Numbered from the stretch's first letter, positions 1-10,778 are shown. The stretch: DNA of 64,000 nt from Rhodobacterales bacterium (GCA_965222665.1 CBDCUM010000007.1:22058-86057), one strand, 5' to 3'. Made by a program: numbers and translations. Notes: generated from the letters alone by a model not told the origin.

Positions 1-432
1 GCTTCGCGAGCTCGATGGGCCCGTTCCTTGTTGCGCATCGATTCCAATCCCCGGACATCCACATCCGGGTCCGTCGGCAACTGCAGGCCATGAACAAGAG
101 CCAGGAGGCCTGCGCGACCTCCACGGTACCCGCATCCGAGAAGCGCTGTAGCTCTTGGGTGGCGAGGGCCTCACTCGGGTCCGTGATCCGGGAATGATCG
201 TGCAAATGCCGCGATGCCTGCCTACCGGCCGCGCGCTTGACGTTTGCAACACCCCCAAGGGATTGACTTCGCTTGGATTGGAGGAGTCGCCCTCCCACGC
301 GTGCAAACACTGTCGGAGGGCCGGGAGAGGAACAATCCTTCCATCGGTGGTAGGATTGACCCATAATTATTGGCGAATTGGAGGCTGTCCGGGAAATGTC
401 GGACAGAGCAAGCCAAACGCGAGGAGGAATTC

Positions 433-897
433 ATGCTACGTCGTTTGATCGAAGGGGCCGCGTTGACACTTGTGGCTTGGTTCTTGATCCTGCGGCTCGA
501 CGCCGGTCAGGTGGCGCTCGGGCTGGCAATTGCGGCGGTCATTGTCTTCACTTGCTGGCGCATTCATCGGCTATGGCGAAAGTACCGGCGGCTACTCCGT
601 GAGTTGGCGGAAGCGAGAGCGGCGAAACTGTCCGACGATCCGAAAGAGGTCGAACGCGCCGAACAAATCTTGAGCCAGCGCCACATGATGCACGCCGCCG
701 ACATGACCCTGATGAGCGGCTTTTTCTTGGGGGCCGCGGCCAGCGATTTCGCGCCGATGGCGCATGACGGCGGCGGCAGCTACGACGGCGGCGGCAGCTA
801 CGACGGCGGCGGCAGCTACGACGGCGGCGGCGACTATGGGGCAGGTGGCTTTGGAGGCGGCGATATGGGAGGTGGCTTCGGAGGCGGCGACGGCTAG
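433..897 (+). CDS. small membrane protein with Gly-rich C-terminal repeats (hypothetical)
   Basis: ATG at 433 is preceded by GAGGAGG (421-427). Two hydrophobic helices are present (LTLVAWFLILRL, LGLAIAAVIVFTCW). The C-terminus is DGGGSY x3 followed by GGFGGGD repeats. It lies inside track ORF 370..897. Confidence 0.5.
   Translation: MLRRLIEGAALTLVAWFLILRLDAGQVALGLAIAAVIVFTCWRIHRLWRKYRRLLRELAEARAAKLSDDPKEVERAEQILSQRHMMHAADMTLMSGFFLGAAASDFAPMAHDGGGSYDGGGSYDGGGSYDGGGDYGAGGFGGGDMGGGFGGGDG
766..837 (+). repeat. 18-bp in-frame tandem repeat (gacggcggcggcagctac x3 plus one variant unit)
   Basis: Read directly from the sequence. It encodes DGGGSY DGGGSY DGGGSY DGGGDY. Confidence 0.9.
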
Positions 898-1189
898 ACA
901 GGAGTAAGTGTTGAATGCCTTGAGAGATTTGTCGGAATGGAGTGCGACGTCTCGACTGCTACAGGTACCCCACACGAAATTGCCCTATGACATCGTGGCG
1001 ACCGCAGAAGTAAGACTTCGAGCAACGCTTGATCTTGGAAGCAATTACCGCAATCGCCATTGGCGGTCTTGGCTGAGCAGCTAGCCGAGGGCAGAGCGTA
1101 CGGGAAGGGGGATCGAGGAGGCCCGTGAGCGGCGCAAGCAGGTTAACCGCACGGCGCGGAAGCTGGACAGGGAAGCGAAGCTGGCTGCG

Positions 1190-1924
1190 CCGGCCTGCTC
1201 GGAGCCGCCCGCGGGCCACGTGCGCGGGACGTTGCGGCTCTTGCAGCGAAGGCTTGCGGAGCTGGAGATCCTGGACGGCATTGGCACGGAAAGGATCCGG
1301 AATACGCTGACAGGAACGATGTGCCGCCATGGCCCAGAAAGTGCCGGTGTATCCCGACAAACGCCAACGCGGTTCTTGTCTGCGCGATGGAGGACGTGCT
1401 TCAGATATCGTCGGGAGTATGGCGACGGCCAAATACCGGTCCGTCTGGACGGGAGTTCCAGGCAACGAACGAAGGAGAACCGTCGTCCGCGCTCGCCCAA
1501 TCCCGGACGTCCCGCCCAAGATGACTTCGACTACGGTCGAGACGGCGTCGCCGATCTGTTCCTGGTGTTTGCACCCCTGCTCGAATTCCGGTGAACAGAG
1601 ATCACGGACCCGCTCACGCGGCGCGGCTGGTTGATGCGGAAACTGGCGGACGAAGTGTACCCCGGGGATGAAATCGTCCCGGTGATGGACGACCTGAATA
1701 TCCGTTCGCTGGCTTCGTTCTGCGAAGCCTTCTGGCCCGCCAAAGCATGGCGCATGACGGAGCGTTTGGAAATCCACTCTACGCCGAAGCACGGCAGCCG
1801 GCGGAACCTCGCGGAGACCGAACTGAGCGTCCCCAACCGGCAATGCCTGTCGCGACAGACTATTGGGTTCGACTACAAACACTTACCTTGCTGTCCGAAC
1901 CGCCACCGATTGTCGGCGTCGTAA
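1190..1924 (+). pseudogene. IS630-family transposase remnant, multiply frameshifted
   Basis: Three plus frames together spell IS630-type blocks: PPAGHVRGTLRLLQRRLAELEILDGIGTERIRNTL; PPWPRKCRCIPTNANAVLVCAMEDVLQ; PVRLDGSS..DFDYGRDGVADLFLVFAPL; DEIVPVMDDLNIRS..LEIHSTPKHGSRRNLAETELSV..RQCL. No single intact ORF exists. Confidence 0.6.
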
Positions 1925-2638
1925 CTGGCCTCCATCGCGTGGTCCTGTTCAAACGTTGGTGCATTGACGGTTTCCCGCCAAGCTGGGCGGCTGATGGAGC
2001 GTCAGACGTAAGGAACTCGCACAATTCTCGATGAACCCAACTTTGGAGTCCGTCCGAGTCTCGGATAGCCAGGTAAGGCGTCCAACGCACGGCGCAGCCT
2101 TGGTCTATCTGAACCGAGGCGGTTGATGGGGTCGCCGAAACTCCGGATTTCAGTTCGGTTCAAATTGTCCATCATCCGATACAGCAAGGGGTTACGCAGA
2201 GCAAGTATGGCGGCCAATTGAGAATTTCCGTGGCTGTCGACGATGTCTGGCAGCGCACTGTGTCAGGACGTCTGAGCGTAGCGGAGTCGTGCGGGCCGCT
2301 GGGCGGGACGATCGTTCCTGAGCCGGCGACCCGACGAGACAATGCTGTTCAACGAGAACTGCGTGCGCGAACGACAGTGAGGTGGCCGTGACCGGGCGGC
2401 TCACGAGGTCTGCGAATCAGGTCCTTTTCGTTCCCTTCTGCTACCGAGGAAGACTTCATCTACTGAACTTCGTGTCCATGCCACGGATTGACCAGACCGC
2501 TGGAATCTGGGCATCGGCTGCGGCTGAAGGGCGACCGGCACGATCGCCGTCTCCCATGAGGCGCCCCCATATAACGGCCGTACGACCGTCATATGGCAGG
2601 ACGCGCCCGTCAAACTGCCGGGCAAGGTCCTGTTCAAT

Positions 2639-3199
2639 CTATTTCTCAAGTCTCTCGCAACGCGCATGTTCCATTGGGGACTTGAAACCCGACCATTTGA
2701 GGATGGTGCCGAGGTCACCACGTAGCGTGGCATGCAGATCGGCCCACTTCAGGCCCGGCGGGAGCACGATGCGTTCGATGAGTCCTGGGCTCGCGGACGC
2801 CGCCGCATCGCGTTTCTCCGGTTTCCGGAGAGCTTCCGCGAGGCGCGCCACCTCGCACCGTTAGATGCCGGCGATGCTCGGAAAGATGTTGGGGACCTCG
2901 CTGGGAACGGTTGCAGGACGTTCCCTGAGTTCCTCCTGCCGGGCTTCGAGCTTGCGAAGCCGGTCCATCATGCCGTTCACATGGCCGCAATCCTCAATGA
3001 CGGAGATCATCGCTGCCATCTTCTCTTCGATCTCGGCCAGTTCCTTCGTGTACGCCTCTACTTACGCACGCCGTTCACGAATGGGCCGGTGGGTCTCTTC
3101 CACCCGATTGTTGGGCGTACTTCTGGATCATCTCCTCCGGGCGGTCCCTCGGCGCCTGCCGGAGAGCGTCAACCACGATCCGGCAATCGGGACATCGCG
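2639..3199 (-). pseudogene. large serine recombinase, C-terminal part (3' exon side of the intron), decayed
   Basis: Minus-strand translation gives CPDCRIVVDALRQAPRDRPEE, YTKELAEIEEKMAAMISVIEDCGH and LRKLEARQEELRE. It then gives ARLAEALRKPEKRDAAA..LIERIVLPPGLKWADLHATLRGDLGTILKWS, the typical C-terminal coiled-coil/tail of alphaproteobacterial recombinase family proteins. There is an in-frame TAA (plus tta 2861-2863) where Tyr is expected, plus at least one frameshift. Confidence 0.55.
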
Positions 3200-3233
3200 G
3201 TAGGGACGCTGGTTTCCCAGCGCCCCCCGCACG

Positions 3234-3266
3234 GATCCGGACGGGCCCGCTAGGGCATCCGGCTCC
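3234..3266 (-). ncRNA. group II intron domain V
   Basis: The RNA reads GGAGCCGGAUGCCCUAGCGGGCCCGUCCGGAUC. It has the AGC triad at the base, a 9-bp lower stem, a 2-nt 3' bulge (CC), a 4-bp upper stem and a 4-nt loop. This fits the 34-nt domain V architecture apart from one G-A in place of the usual G-U. Confidence 0.6.
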
Positions 3267-3600
3267 TGCCTTCGGTCAGACGTCCGAGTGAACTCTCACC
3301 GCACAAGCGGCGCCTCGCTCACCGGCGTGGTCGGGGAGCCTCAAGTAACACGCTTACCCGGCGCAGTGTCCAGTACGTGGTTTGGCTCCCCTACCTTCCG
3401 TTGGCCCCGGTCCTTCCCTCCACGGACTCCGCCGAGGTAGAGTCGGGGGGAGGCGCGCTCTGCCGTAGGTCCAGGGAGTAGCAGTTAGCTGGCTGCTTTC
3501 GCGCTGTGCCAGTGCCTCGTTCTGGGCCGTAGCCACGTTTCCTCACCCCCGCTCGTCAAACCCGGCGTGCCCATCTCGAGCACCGGGCTTTCGGTCGAGA

Positions 3601-4941
3601 TCACGCCTTCGCCCACGGAAGGCCCTTCGTCGTCGGCGCAAGGCGGTGCAAGCCGTACTGTGTGTACAACTGCTGGCTCGGGAAGCGCACGTATTTCCCG
3701 CTTCTCACCTTGTGCTTCCGGCAGAGCCATTGGCGCAGCCGCCGGTCAGCGTGTTGATCGACGGCTCGGTAGGCCGGGCTGACCTGCCCCAAGCGAAAGT
3801 AGTTTGCCCAACCGGAGAGTGTCCGGTTAAGGCGCTCAACCACTGTCTCCGCAGGGAGGCTCCCGTGCCGCCGTACAGTCAATTTGCTGATCGTGCGGCA
3901 GATGTTCTGGACGCTGTCCGTGCTGGGCCGGGTGCCGATATACGCACCGCGGCCGTCCGCGCGGTAGTTGCGCCCGATCCGGTATCCGAGGAACGTTAGA
4001 GGTTCCTCCGGGCACCGCAAACATCGGGTCTTCTGTTCGTTGACCGGTAGTTTCAGCTTCGTCATGAGCCGTTGAACGACCAGCAGCATTGTGGCCGCCG
4101 GAGCCTTGCCGATGACGCAAAGGTCATCCGCGTAGCACACGATCTCCGCACAGAAGCGCTGAGCATGGCCCAGCACTTGCCAGCCCAGTATGAAGCGCCG
4201 CATGTAGAGGTTGCTGAGCAGCGGAGAAATTGGGGACCCTTGGGGGGTGCCCTTTCGCTCCCGGCGCGCAGCGTTCGTGCGCCGTTTTCCGCCCTTGCCG
4301 TCGTCCTCTTCGACGGGCATATCCAACCATGCCTTGATGAGGCGGAGCATTCGGCCGTCGCTCACGCGCCGGGCAACGCTCCGGATCAGCTCGGCGTGAG
4401 GAATCTCGCCGAAGTAGTTGGACAGGTCACAGTCGACCACCTCATTGCACCCCCGGTTCAGGAGGCTATGCACGCGGTTTACCGCGTCGTGGGCGCTTCG
4501 TCCCGGCCGATAGGCATACTGCTCCGGTTGCAGGTCGGCTTCGAGTATCGGCTCCAGCACGAGCATGGCCGATGTCTGCGCCACCCGATCCCGCAGGCAG
4601 GGAATGCCCAGTGGCCGGAACTTGCCGCGCTGCTTCTTCGGGATCAGAACCTGACGCACCGGTTTCGGTACGTAGGTCCCGTCCTTCAGGTCCTGCGCCA
4701 ATTCCCCAACCCACTTCTCCACCCCAAGCGCCTCGATATCCGCAATCGCCTCCCCGTCAACCCCGGCAGAACCGCCATTGCGGCGGACCTGCTTCCAGGC
4801 CTCCATCAGAAAGTCTTCGCGCCATACCTTGTCGATCAGGGCATGAAACCGTCGGTCGGGTTCTTCCTTCGCTTTCACGTTAAGTGCGGTCTGGAGTTTC
4901 CGAACCCTCCCTGACCCTGTTAGATTGGCATCAGTGGCCAT
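3601..4941 (-). CDS. group II intron reverse transcriptase/maturase (no endonuclease domain)
   Basis: Track ORF 3601..5187; the likely start is MATDANL at 4941. RT motifs are present: RFHALIDKVWREDFLMEAWKQVRRNGGSAGVDG, IPKKQRGKFRPLGIP, YADD (VCYADDLCVIG). The maturase X region reads LNRTLSGWANYFRLG. The C-terminus ends soon after X, so there is no HNH/En domain. Confidence 0.9.
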   Translation of the reverse strand: MATDANLTGSGRVRKLQTALNVKAKEEPDRRFHALIDKVWREDFLMEAWKQVRRNGGSAGVDGEAIADIEALGVEKWVGELAQDLKDGTYVPKPVRQVLIPKKQRGKFRPLGIPCLRDRVAQTSAMLVLEPILEADLQPEQYAYRPGRSAHDAVNRVHSLLNRGCNEVVDCDLSNYFGEIPHAELIRSVARRVSDGRMLRLIKAWLDMPVEEDDGKGGKRRTNAARRERKGTPQGSPISPLLSNLYMRRFILGWQVLGHAQRFCAEIVCYADDLCVIGKAPAATMLLVVQRLMTKLKLPVNEQKTRCLRCPEEPLTFLGYRIGRNYRADGRGAYIGTRPSTDSVQNICRTISKLTVRRHGSLPAETVVERLNRTLSGWANYFRLGQVSPAYRAVDQHADRRLRQWLCRKHKVRSGKYVRFPSQQLYTQYGLHRLAPTTKGLPWAKA

Positions 4942-5865
4942 GCCTTGCTTCCTTCCCGCATTGCTCTCGACCCAGGGCCCCTTCCCTCCACCGGCATTAC
5001 CCGGCTTCCCCGGTACTACGGGCCCCTCCGCCACCCTGCCGGCCCAGACTGGCCCTCGCGGGTTTCCGGTGGGCGCGTGCACGCCACCGACAGGGCTTCC
5101 CGTGTTGCTGCTTTCTTCATCTTCCATGCGTGCTGGCGCCACTACCCCGGCAGATACAGATCGGTGCATAGGTCGCTCGCTTCCCAATCTGCCAACGGCC
5201 TTCCCCTAAACAACGGAGGGTCGGCTTCTGCGTTAAGTGTTTCGAGGCCTGCTCAGCGTTCACTTCGCGTTCCGGCCCGCATGGTTGCTGAGCCGCCATA
5301 CGCGGCCCTTTGTCACCAGAGTGCTTCAGTCTACATCGTTGCCTCCGTAAACCGCCCTGGCTGCTACCAACCGGAGCGACAGCTATTGGGCGGGGTTCGC
5401 ACCCGCCAGAAGAAAGCGCCTTTCCACGGCGCACGTTGCTACACCTCTTTGTTCGCCCGCTTCAACGGTACTATGACCGAGTCTGAGTCCTCCAACACGT
5501 ACATCGCGGGCTACGAACATTCGTTCTTCCCCTCGCGACCCGGGCTCTGCGTCCTGGGTATGTTGGAGGCTTCCCAGGTCCCCTGGGTGGACGTACGCGC
5601 GTGCATGGGTTCTTGGACGCCGCGGAGCCTGACCGCCCTCACGAATACGGACGGCTTAGTGTTGCCTTCGACCACGGGGACAGTCTCGGCACTCCGAAAG
5701 TCATCTATTTCGTCGCTCATTAGCCCTGCCCACGCGCACCGCTACCGACGCTTCGCCCATCCCCTCGCGGGAACCGACGCACGGCTCGCGGCGAAAGTGG
5801 CTCGTTACACCTTCCTTTCCGCCGGACTCTCACCGGCTGTCCACGCCAGAGTTAGCCTGGCGCAC

Positions 5866-6213
5866 CCCCTGTTGCGATCCATTCCTTCGAGGGTTGATCC
5901 GTAAATCCCGCTCGCCTGTCTCCATGTCGTTGACGAAACGCTGCCGGTTCCAGACCAAGCGCCGGACATGGAGTTGGTTGTTGATTGTCGCGAGGAATGG
6001 CGTGCGTGACAGGCGACAGGAATTACGTCATCACTCCTGTCGGTCGCCGGCCTCCCTGTCCGGCGTGTTGCCTTTGGCCGGATTCATCCGCTCGAACGGC
6101 TCACGAGCGACTTGCCGTCCGAGCCGACGCGCGATGGTCGGCACAGCAGACCAAACGCGGGAATCGGTCGCGCCGTTGTCGGCGGCGGCGATGCTGCCTC
6201 CCCTCAGTCCCAT
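5866..6213 (-). pseudogene. large serine recombinase, central part (5' exon side), 5'-truncated and frameshifted
   Basis: The minus strand reads PFLATINNQLHVRRLVWNRQRFVNDMETGERDLRINPRRNGSQQG and ends exactly at the intron 5' GUGCG. This matches the (Y)xGRLVWNR..F..DP.TG...R.NP block of large serine recombinases. TIARRLG lies further upstream in another frame. No resolvase catalytic domain was seen. Confidence 0.5.
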
Positions 6214-6328
6214 CCGTTCCTTTCCGCAACGCCATGCCTCCTAGGAGGAGATGTTCCGGCGGAACCGGATCATTTCAAGACAACTATCGTTCATTATCAA
6301 TGGGTTATTGCGCGTTCCAACGCATCCG

Positions 6329-6356
6329 TTGCCCCATTGCCACGATGTGCTATAAT
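6329..6356 (+). promoter_or_regulatory. candidate sigma70-like promoter of the helicase gene
   Basis: TTGCCC (6329-6334), a 16-nt spacer, then TATAAT (6351-6356). This would give a 5' UTR of about 210 nt before ATG 6571. Confidence 0.3.
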
Positions 6357-6570
6357 GCGCGCGTGTTCATGATGACGAGGGCTAGAATAGCCATCTGACC
6401 TCACATACTGTCTCACGATAGCGCGACGCGCCGAATGCCACGGCGCCTTGTCCCGGACACCCTCAGACCCATGTTTCCGTTCCTGCCGCGCCCGGAACGG
6501 ATCGCCTCGGCCCGACCGCGTAACCAACGCTGGCCGCGCCGTGCATAAGGAATTTTTTTTGACAAACACC

Positions 6571-7842
6571 ATGTTCTCGGACTTCGGCCTGGCCGATCCG
6601 ATACAGCGAGCACTGACCGCAAGGAACCATGTCGAGCCGACACCGATCCAGGCACGCGCAATACCCGACCTTCTCAAGGGCCGCGATCTGGTGGGCATCG
6701 CCCAGACCGGGACAGGCAAGACGGCGGCCTTCGCGCTGCCCATTCTCGACCGGCTTTCCCGCGATCGCAAAGACTCCGTTCGGCGCCGACCGCGCGCGTT
6801 GGTCCTTGCACCCACTCGCGAACTCGCGATCCAGATCGGCGAAGAATTTGGCGCCTACGCCAGGTATCTCCGTCTGCGCCAAACGGTAATCTTCGGTGGT
6901 GTCGGCCAGAAGCCCCAGGTCGATGCCCTTTGGCGCGGCGTGGACATCGTGACGGCAACGCCGGGCCGTCTGCTCGACCTCATGAAACAGGGCCGGCTTG
7001 ATCTCGGCGGGATCCAGGTATTTGTCCTGGACGAAGCGGACCGAATGCTCGACATGGGCTTCGTGCGCGATGTCCGAAGGATCATCGCGGCCCTGCCCGC
7101 AAACCGCCAGTCGCTACTGTTCTCGGCCACCATGCCGGCTGAGATCGCTCGTCTGTCGACCGACATACTGATCGATCCCGTCCATGTCGAGGTGACTCCT
7201 CGGGCCACGCCGGTGGCGCGTGTCGAACAGTGCGTCTATCACGTCGGTACACAGGAAAAGCGGGCCTTGCTGACCAGTATCCTGGAAGATCCGGAGCTGT
7301 CCCGGGTACTGGTGTTCTCGCGCACCAAGCATCGCGCCAACCGGATCGCGCAACAACTCGACCAGGATGGTGTCGACGCCGAAGTGATCCACGGGAACAA
7401 GTCCCAGGGGGCCCGCCAGCGCGCCCTGAAACAATTCCGGGCAGGCGAAGTCCGCGTCCTGGTCGCGACTGATATCGCGGCACGCGGCCTTGATGTCGAC
7501 GGCATAAGCCACGTCATCAATTACGAACTGCCCAACGAAGCAGAAAGCTATGTCCACCGCATTGGCCGCACAGCGCGGGCTGGCGCAGATGGGTCTGCAT
7601 TCTCGTTCTGCGATCCGGCGGAACGGAAGTATCTCACCGCTATCGAACGCCTGATCCGCTCCCGGCTGACCGTGGTCGGGGACGGTCCCGCGACCGACGC
7701 GGTCAGTCATGCGACAAAGCCCGGAAGTAACGGACACCAGCCCCCGCGCAAGGCCCGTGTTCGAAACCGACGTCGGCGCCCCGCCTACACGCAGAAATCG
7801 GGTGGATCGGGCTTCGCCCGGGGCTTCTCGACCTCCGCATGA
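6571..7842 (+). CDS. rhlE: DEAD-box ATP-dependent RNA helicase (RhlE-like)
   Basis: Q-motif region FSDFGLADPIQRALTARNHVEPTPIQ; AQTGTGKTAAF; PTRELA; DEADRMLDMGF; SAT; ARGLDV; HRIGRTARAG; basic C-terminal tail. ATG 6571 lies inside track ORF 6448..7842. Confidence 0.92.
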   Translation: MFSDFGLADPIQRALTARNHVEPTPIQARAIPDLLKGRDLVGIAQTGTGKTAAFALPILDRLSRDRKDSVRRRPRALVLAPTRELAIQIGEEFGAYARYLRLRQTVIFGGVGQKPQVDALWRGVDIVTATPGRLLDLMKQGRLDLGGIQVFVLDEADRMLDMGFVRDVRRIIAALPANRQSLLFSATMPAEIARLSTDILIDPVHVEVTPRATPVARVEQCVYHVGTQEKRALLTSILEDPELSRVLVFSRTKHRANRIAQQLDQDGVDAEVIHGNKSQGARQRALKQFRAGEVRVLVATDIAARGLDVDGISHVINYELPNEAESYVHRIGRTARAGADGSAFSFCDPAERKYLTAIERLIRSRLTVVGDGPATDAVSHATKPGSNGHQPPRKARVRNRRRRPAYTQKSGGSGFARGFSTSA

Positions 7843-8968
7843 ACGAACCGGACAACGACGTGACGGCTTCAAGACGCCGAAACACGGCTGGCAGTGCACC
7901 GGCCGGGCTGCAGCAGACACCCGGCAATCGGTGAGGTTCGCCGGTATGGCGGTCTGCCGCACGTCGGAAACCGCCCTTCGTCCGCCACCCACGATACTTG
8001 TCCTGTTCACCGAGCCGAGGGCTCCAACCAGGGATTGCCCTCCGCTCGCCATGTTTGCCGTGCCGCCTCGTCCGGCACCGGACTCGTTCACCGCCGCGGA
8101 AAATTCCGGTCCGCGGGTTCGGCCGCTGACCATCGACGGCCGCTTGTACCTGCCTCCATGTACTCCGAGGGCATCGACGCGACTGCCGTAGTCATCAGCA
8201 CGCCCGGCTCATTGCCGACCGGGAGGCTGGCCGACTTCTGGAACGAGATACGCGAGGTCACGATCGGGATCCGGCCGGAGAGCGTCCACGTCTGACCGGT
8301 CAACGCGCGGTGCAATACCCGACCGGCTACGTGGCGTTCCTCGTCCCCGACGACCTTGCGCTCCAGGTCCGGGCGGCACCGACTTTCGGCCGGGCGTCTG
8401 CCTCCACGTCACCGAAATGCTGTCTTCGAGCGGCCCGGCAACCGAGCCGAACTACCCGGCTATCTGAGTGGTCCGGCGAGACACGCCGTCGGAGTCGAAC
8501 CGCGAGCCTTGGGGCGGGCGCATCGACGTCGCTCTCGACCGAAGCGGCATTCCCGGCCCGCCAGTATCCTGTCCGGCGTCGACACCCATGAAACGATCGT
8601 GTTGATAATCTGCCTGACCCTGGCTGCTGCCGGCAGAATCCTGGCGCCGGACGGATTCCTCTCCTTCCAGTCCGGTGGTGTCACCGGGCGTGGCGCGGAG
8701 GTTCGACCACGGCATCGACCCGTGCAAGCGGTTCCGGCCGTGGGTGCAAGCCGCTCTCGCGAATCAAACGGGATCTCCCGGTCCGGATTGGGGCCCGGTT
8801 CGCCCTGCGGCTGGCGAGCGATCGCTCCGGCGACGGGAGTTGTGCCGGGTCCCGTTGCGCCTTTCCGTCTTGTGCGTCGATTGAGACAAGCCGCTCCGCC
8901 ATTTCACGATCCGGTTTGAATGACCCGGCAATGCGCTCCGTCAGCCGGAATCGGAAGCGTGCGCAGCA

Positions 8969-10756
8969 TCAGCCTTCTGCCGGGAGCGCGCGGCCGAGCT
9001 CCTCCGCCATCCGCTCCCGCATGACGAATTTCTGCGGCTTGCCTGTCACGGTCATGGGGATTTCCTGCACGAACCGGATGTGCCGCGGAATCTTGAAATG
9101 CGCGATCCGCCCCTCGCAATGGGCCCGGATATCCTCTTCATCCAGCCCCTGCCCTTCCTGCGGGACGATCCAGGCCGCGACCTCCTCCCCGAGACGCTCA
9201 TGGGAAACTCCGAACACCTGGACATCCTGCACCTTCGGGTGGCGGATGAGAAACTCCTCGACCTCCCGCGGATAGATGTTCTCGCCACCGCGGATGATCA
9301 TGTCCTTGACGCGGCCGACGATGGTGCAATACCCCTCCCCGTCTATGACCGCGAGATCGCCCGTCTGCATCCAGCCGTCTCCCGAAACCGCCTCGCGGGT
9401 CAATGCCTCGTCCTCCCAGTAGCCCCGCATGACCGCGTAGCCCCGGGTCAATAGCTCTCCCTGCACGTCGACGGGAACCGTGTTTCCGTCCGTGTCGACG
9501 ACCCTGGCCTCGACATGGGGATGAACCCGGCCGACGGTTGACACGCGCCTTTCCACCGGGTCGTCGACCGCGCTCTGGAAGGACACCGGGCTCGTCTCCG
9601 TCATTCCGTAGGCGATGGTCACATCGCGCATGTTCATGTCGTTCATGACCTTTCGCATTACTTCAACGAGGCAGGGCGCCCCCGCCATGATGCCGGTGCG
9701 AAGCGCGGAAAGATCCGTCTCGGCGAAGGCAGGCGATTCCAGCATCGCAACGAACATCGTCGGCACGCCGTAGAGCGCCGTGCACCGCTCGGCATCGAGC
9801 GCGGCCAGAGCCTCGGCGGGATCGAAACCCTCCCCGGGAAACACCATGCACGCGCCCTTCGTGGCACAGCCGAGGGTGCCCAGAACCATCCCGAAGCAGT
9901 GGTAGAGCGGTACCGGGATACAGAGCCGGTCGCATTCCGTGAGCCTGATGGCCCGGGTCACGAAGCGGGCATTGTTGACGATATTGGAGTGGGTCAGGGT
10001 TGCGCCCTTCGGGGCTCCGGTCGTGCCGCTGGTAAACTGGATGTTGATCGGATCGTCGGGCTCGAGGGAGCGGGTGACCGCATCGAGGCGCAGGCGCTGC
10101 GCCGGGCCGGCACGATCGGGAAGGGAATCGAAATTCAGCATTCCCGCCACTTCCCCGGCGCCCAGGCGGATGACGGATCGCAGCACAGGCAGCCGCGCCG
10201 CGCAAAGACGCCCGGGCTCGCAGGAATCGATCTCCGGAGCCAACGACCGGATCATGGAGAGATAGTCCGTCGACTTGAAGCGCGAGGCGGCAATGAGCGC
10301 CCGGCAGCCAGACTTGTTCAGCGCGTATTCGAGTTCCTCAAGCCGGTACGCCGGATTGATGGTGACCAGGATCAGGCCGATCCTCGCCGTCGCGAACTGG
10401 GCCAGCAGCCATTCGCGCCGGTTGGGGGACCAGATGCCGATCCGGTCGCCCTTCCCGAGCCCGATGGCGAGAAGCCCTGCGGCGAGCGCATCCACCGACC
10501 CAGCGAACTCCGACCAGGTGAACCGCACACCATGTTCCGCGAACACGGCGGCGTCCCGCGTCGCGTACCGCTCCACTGTCCGCGCAAGCAACTCGGGAAC
10601 CGTCATGCGCCAGAGGGCGTCTTCCGTGGGTCCACCTACATGGGAAAGTCCCCCGACGGGGGCCCGGCCCAGGCGGGCGGCGCCGGGTCCGGCAACGGCC
10701 AGCCCCCGAATCGGGTCCTTGAGCTTCCCGGCCAGCGACTCGGTCAGGATGGACAA
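8969..10756 (-). CDS. AMP-dependent acyl-CoA synthetase/ligase
   Basis: Motifs FTSGTTGAPKGATLTH, YGMTETSP, TGDLAVIDGEGYCTIVGRVKDMIIRGGENIYPREVEEFL and VTGKPQKF. The start is uncertain: TTG 10756 follows GGGAG, while the track ORF extends to 10858. Confidence 0.85.
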   Translation of the reverse strand: MSILTESLAGKLKDPIRGLAVAGPGAARLGRAPVGGLSHVGGPTEDALWRMTVPELLARTVERYATRDAAVFAEHGVRFTWSEFAGSVDALAAGLLAIGLGKGDRIGIWSPNRREWLLAQFATARIGLILVTINPAYRLEELEYALNKSGCRALIAASRFKSTDYLSMIRSLAPEIDSCEPGRLCAARLPVLRSVIRLGAGEVAGMLNFDSLPDRAGPAQRLRLDAVTRSLEPDDPINIQFTSGTTGAPKGATLTHSNIVNNARFVTRAIRLTECDRLCIPVPLYHCFGMVLGTLGCATKGACMVFPGEGFDPAEALAALDAERCTALYGVPTMFVAMLESPAFAETDLSALRTGIMAGAPCLVEVMRKVMNDMNMRDVTIAYGMTETSPVSFQSAVDDPVERRVSTVGRVHPHVEARVVDTDGNTVPVDVQGELLTRGYAVMRGYWEDEALTREAVSGDGWMQTGDLAVIDGEGYCTIVGRVKDMIIRGGENIYPREVEEFLIRHPKVQDVQVFGVSHERLGEEVAAWIVPQEGQGLDEEDIRAHCEGRIAHFKIPRHIRFVQEIPMTVTGKPQKFVMRERMAEELGRALPAEG

Positions 10757-10778
10757 CCGACGACTCCCCCGTTGCCGC

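Larger units (their letters stand above)
3200..5865 (-). mobile_element. bacterial group II intron (ribozyme plus intron-encoded protein), about 2.67 kb
   Basis: The 5' end reads GUGCGCCAGGCUAAC (plus cgcac 5861-5865), directly after a recombinase codon. A domain V-like hairpin sits at 3234-3266, and a domain VI-like stem ends ..CUAC near 3200. An RT/maturase ORF lies in the domain IV position. The 3' boundary is approximate (+/-10 nt). Confidence 0.8.

Noticed and set aside
766-837. CRISPR-like or other non-coding arrays (also 22469-22495 and the duplicated STEPQA segment inside the IS-A transposase)
   Set aside because: These are short in-frame coding microsatellites or duplications without spacers. 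No CRISPR repeat-spacer structure and no cas genes were seen in the window.
904-925. GTAAGTGTTGAATGCC, resembling the IS66-type terminal repeat GTAAGTGTTCG
   Set aside because: Only 9 nt match. There is no partner repeat and no adjacent IS66 coding sequence, so this is likely chance.
7850-8960. Possible genes between the helicase and the acyl-CoA ligase (for example + 8158..8295 MYSEGIDATAVVISTPGSL..., - 8088..8315, + 8310..8591)
   Set aside because: Sense and antisense frames share the same wobble positions, so GC3 does not discriminate between them. The apparent coding signal jumps between frames and I recognised no family motif. The region is probably decayed genes, and I left it unannotated.
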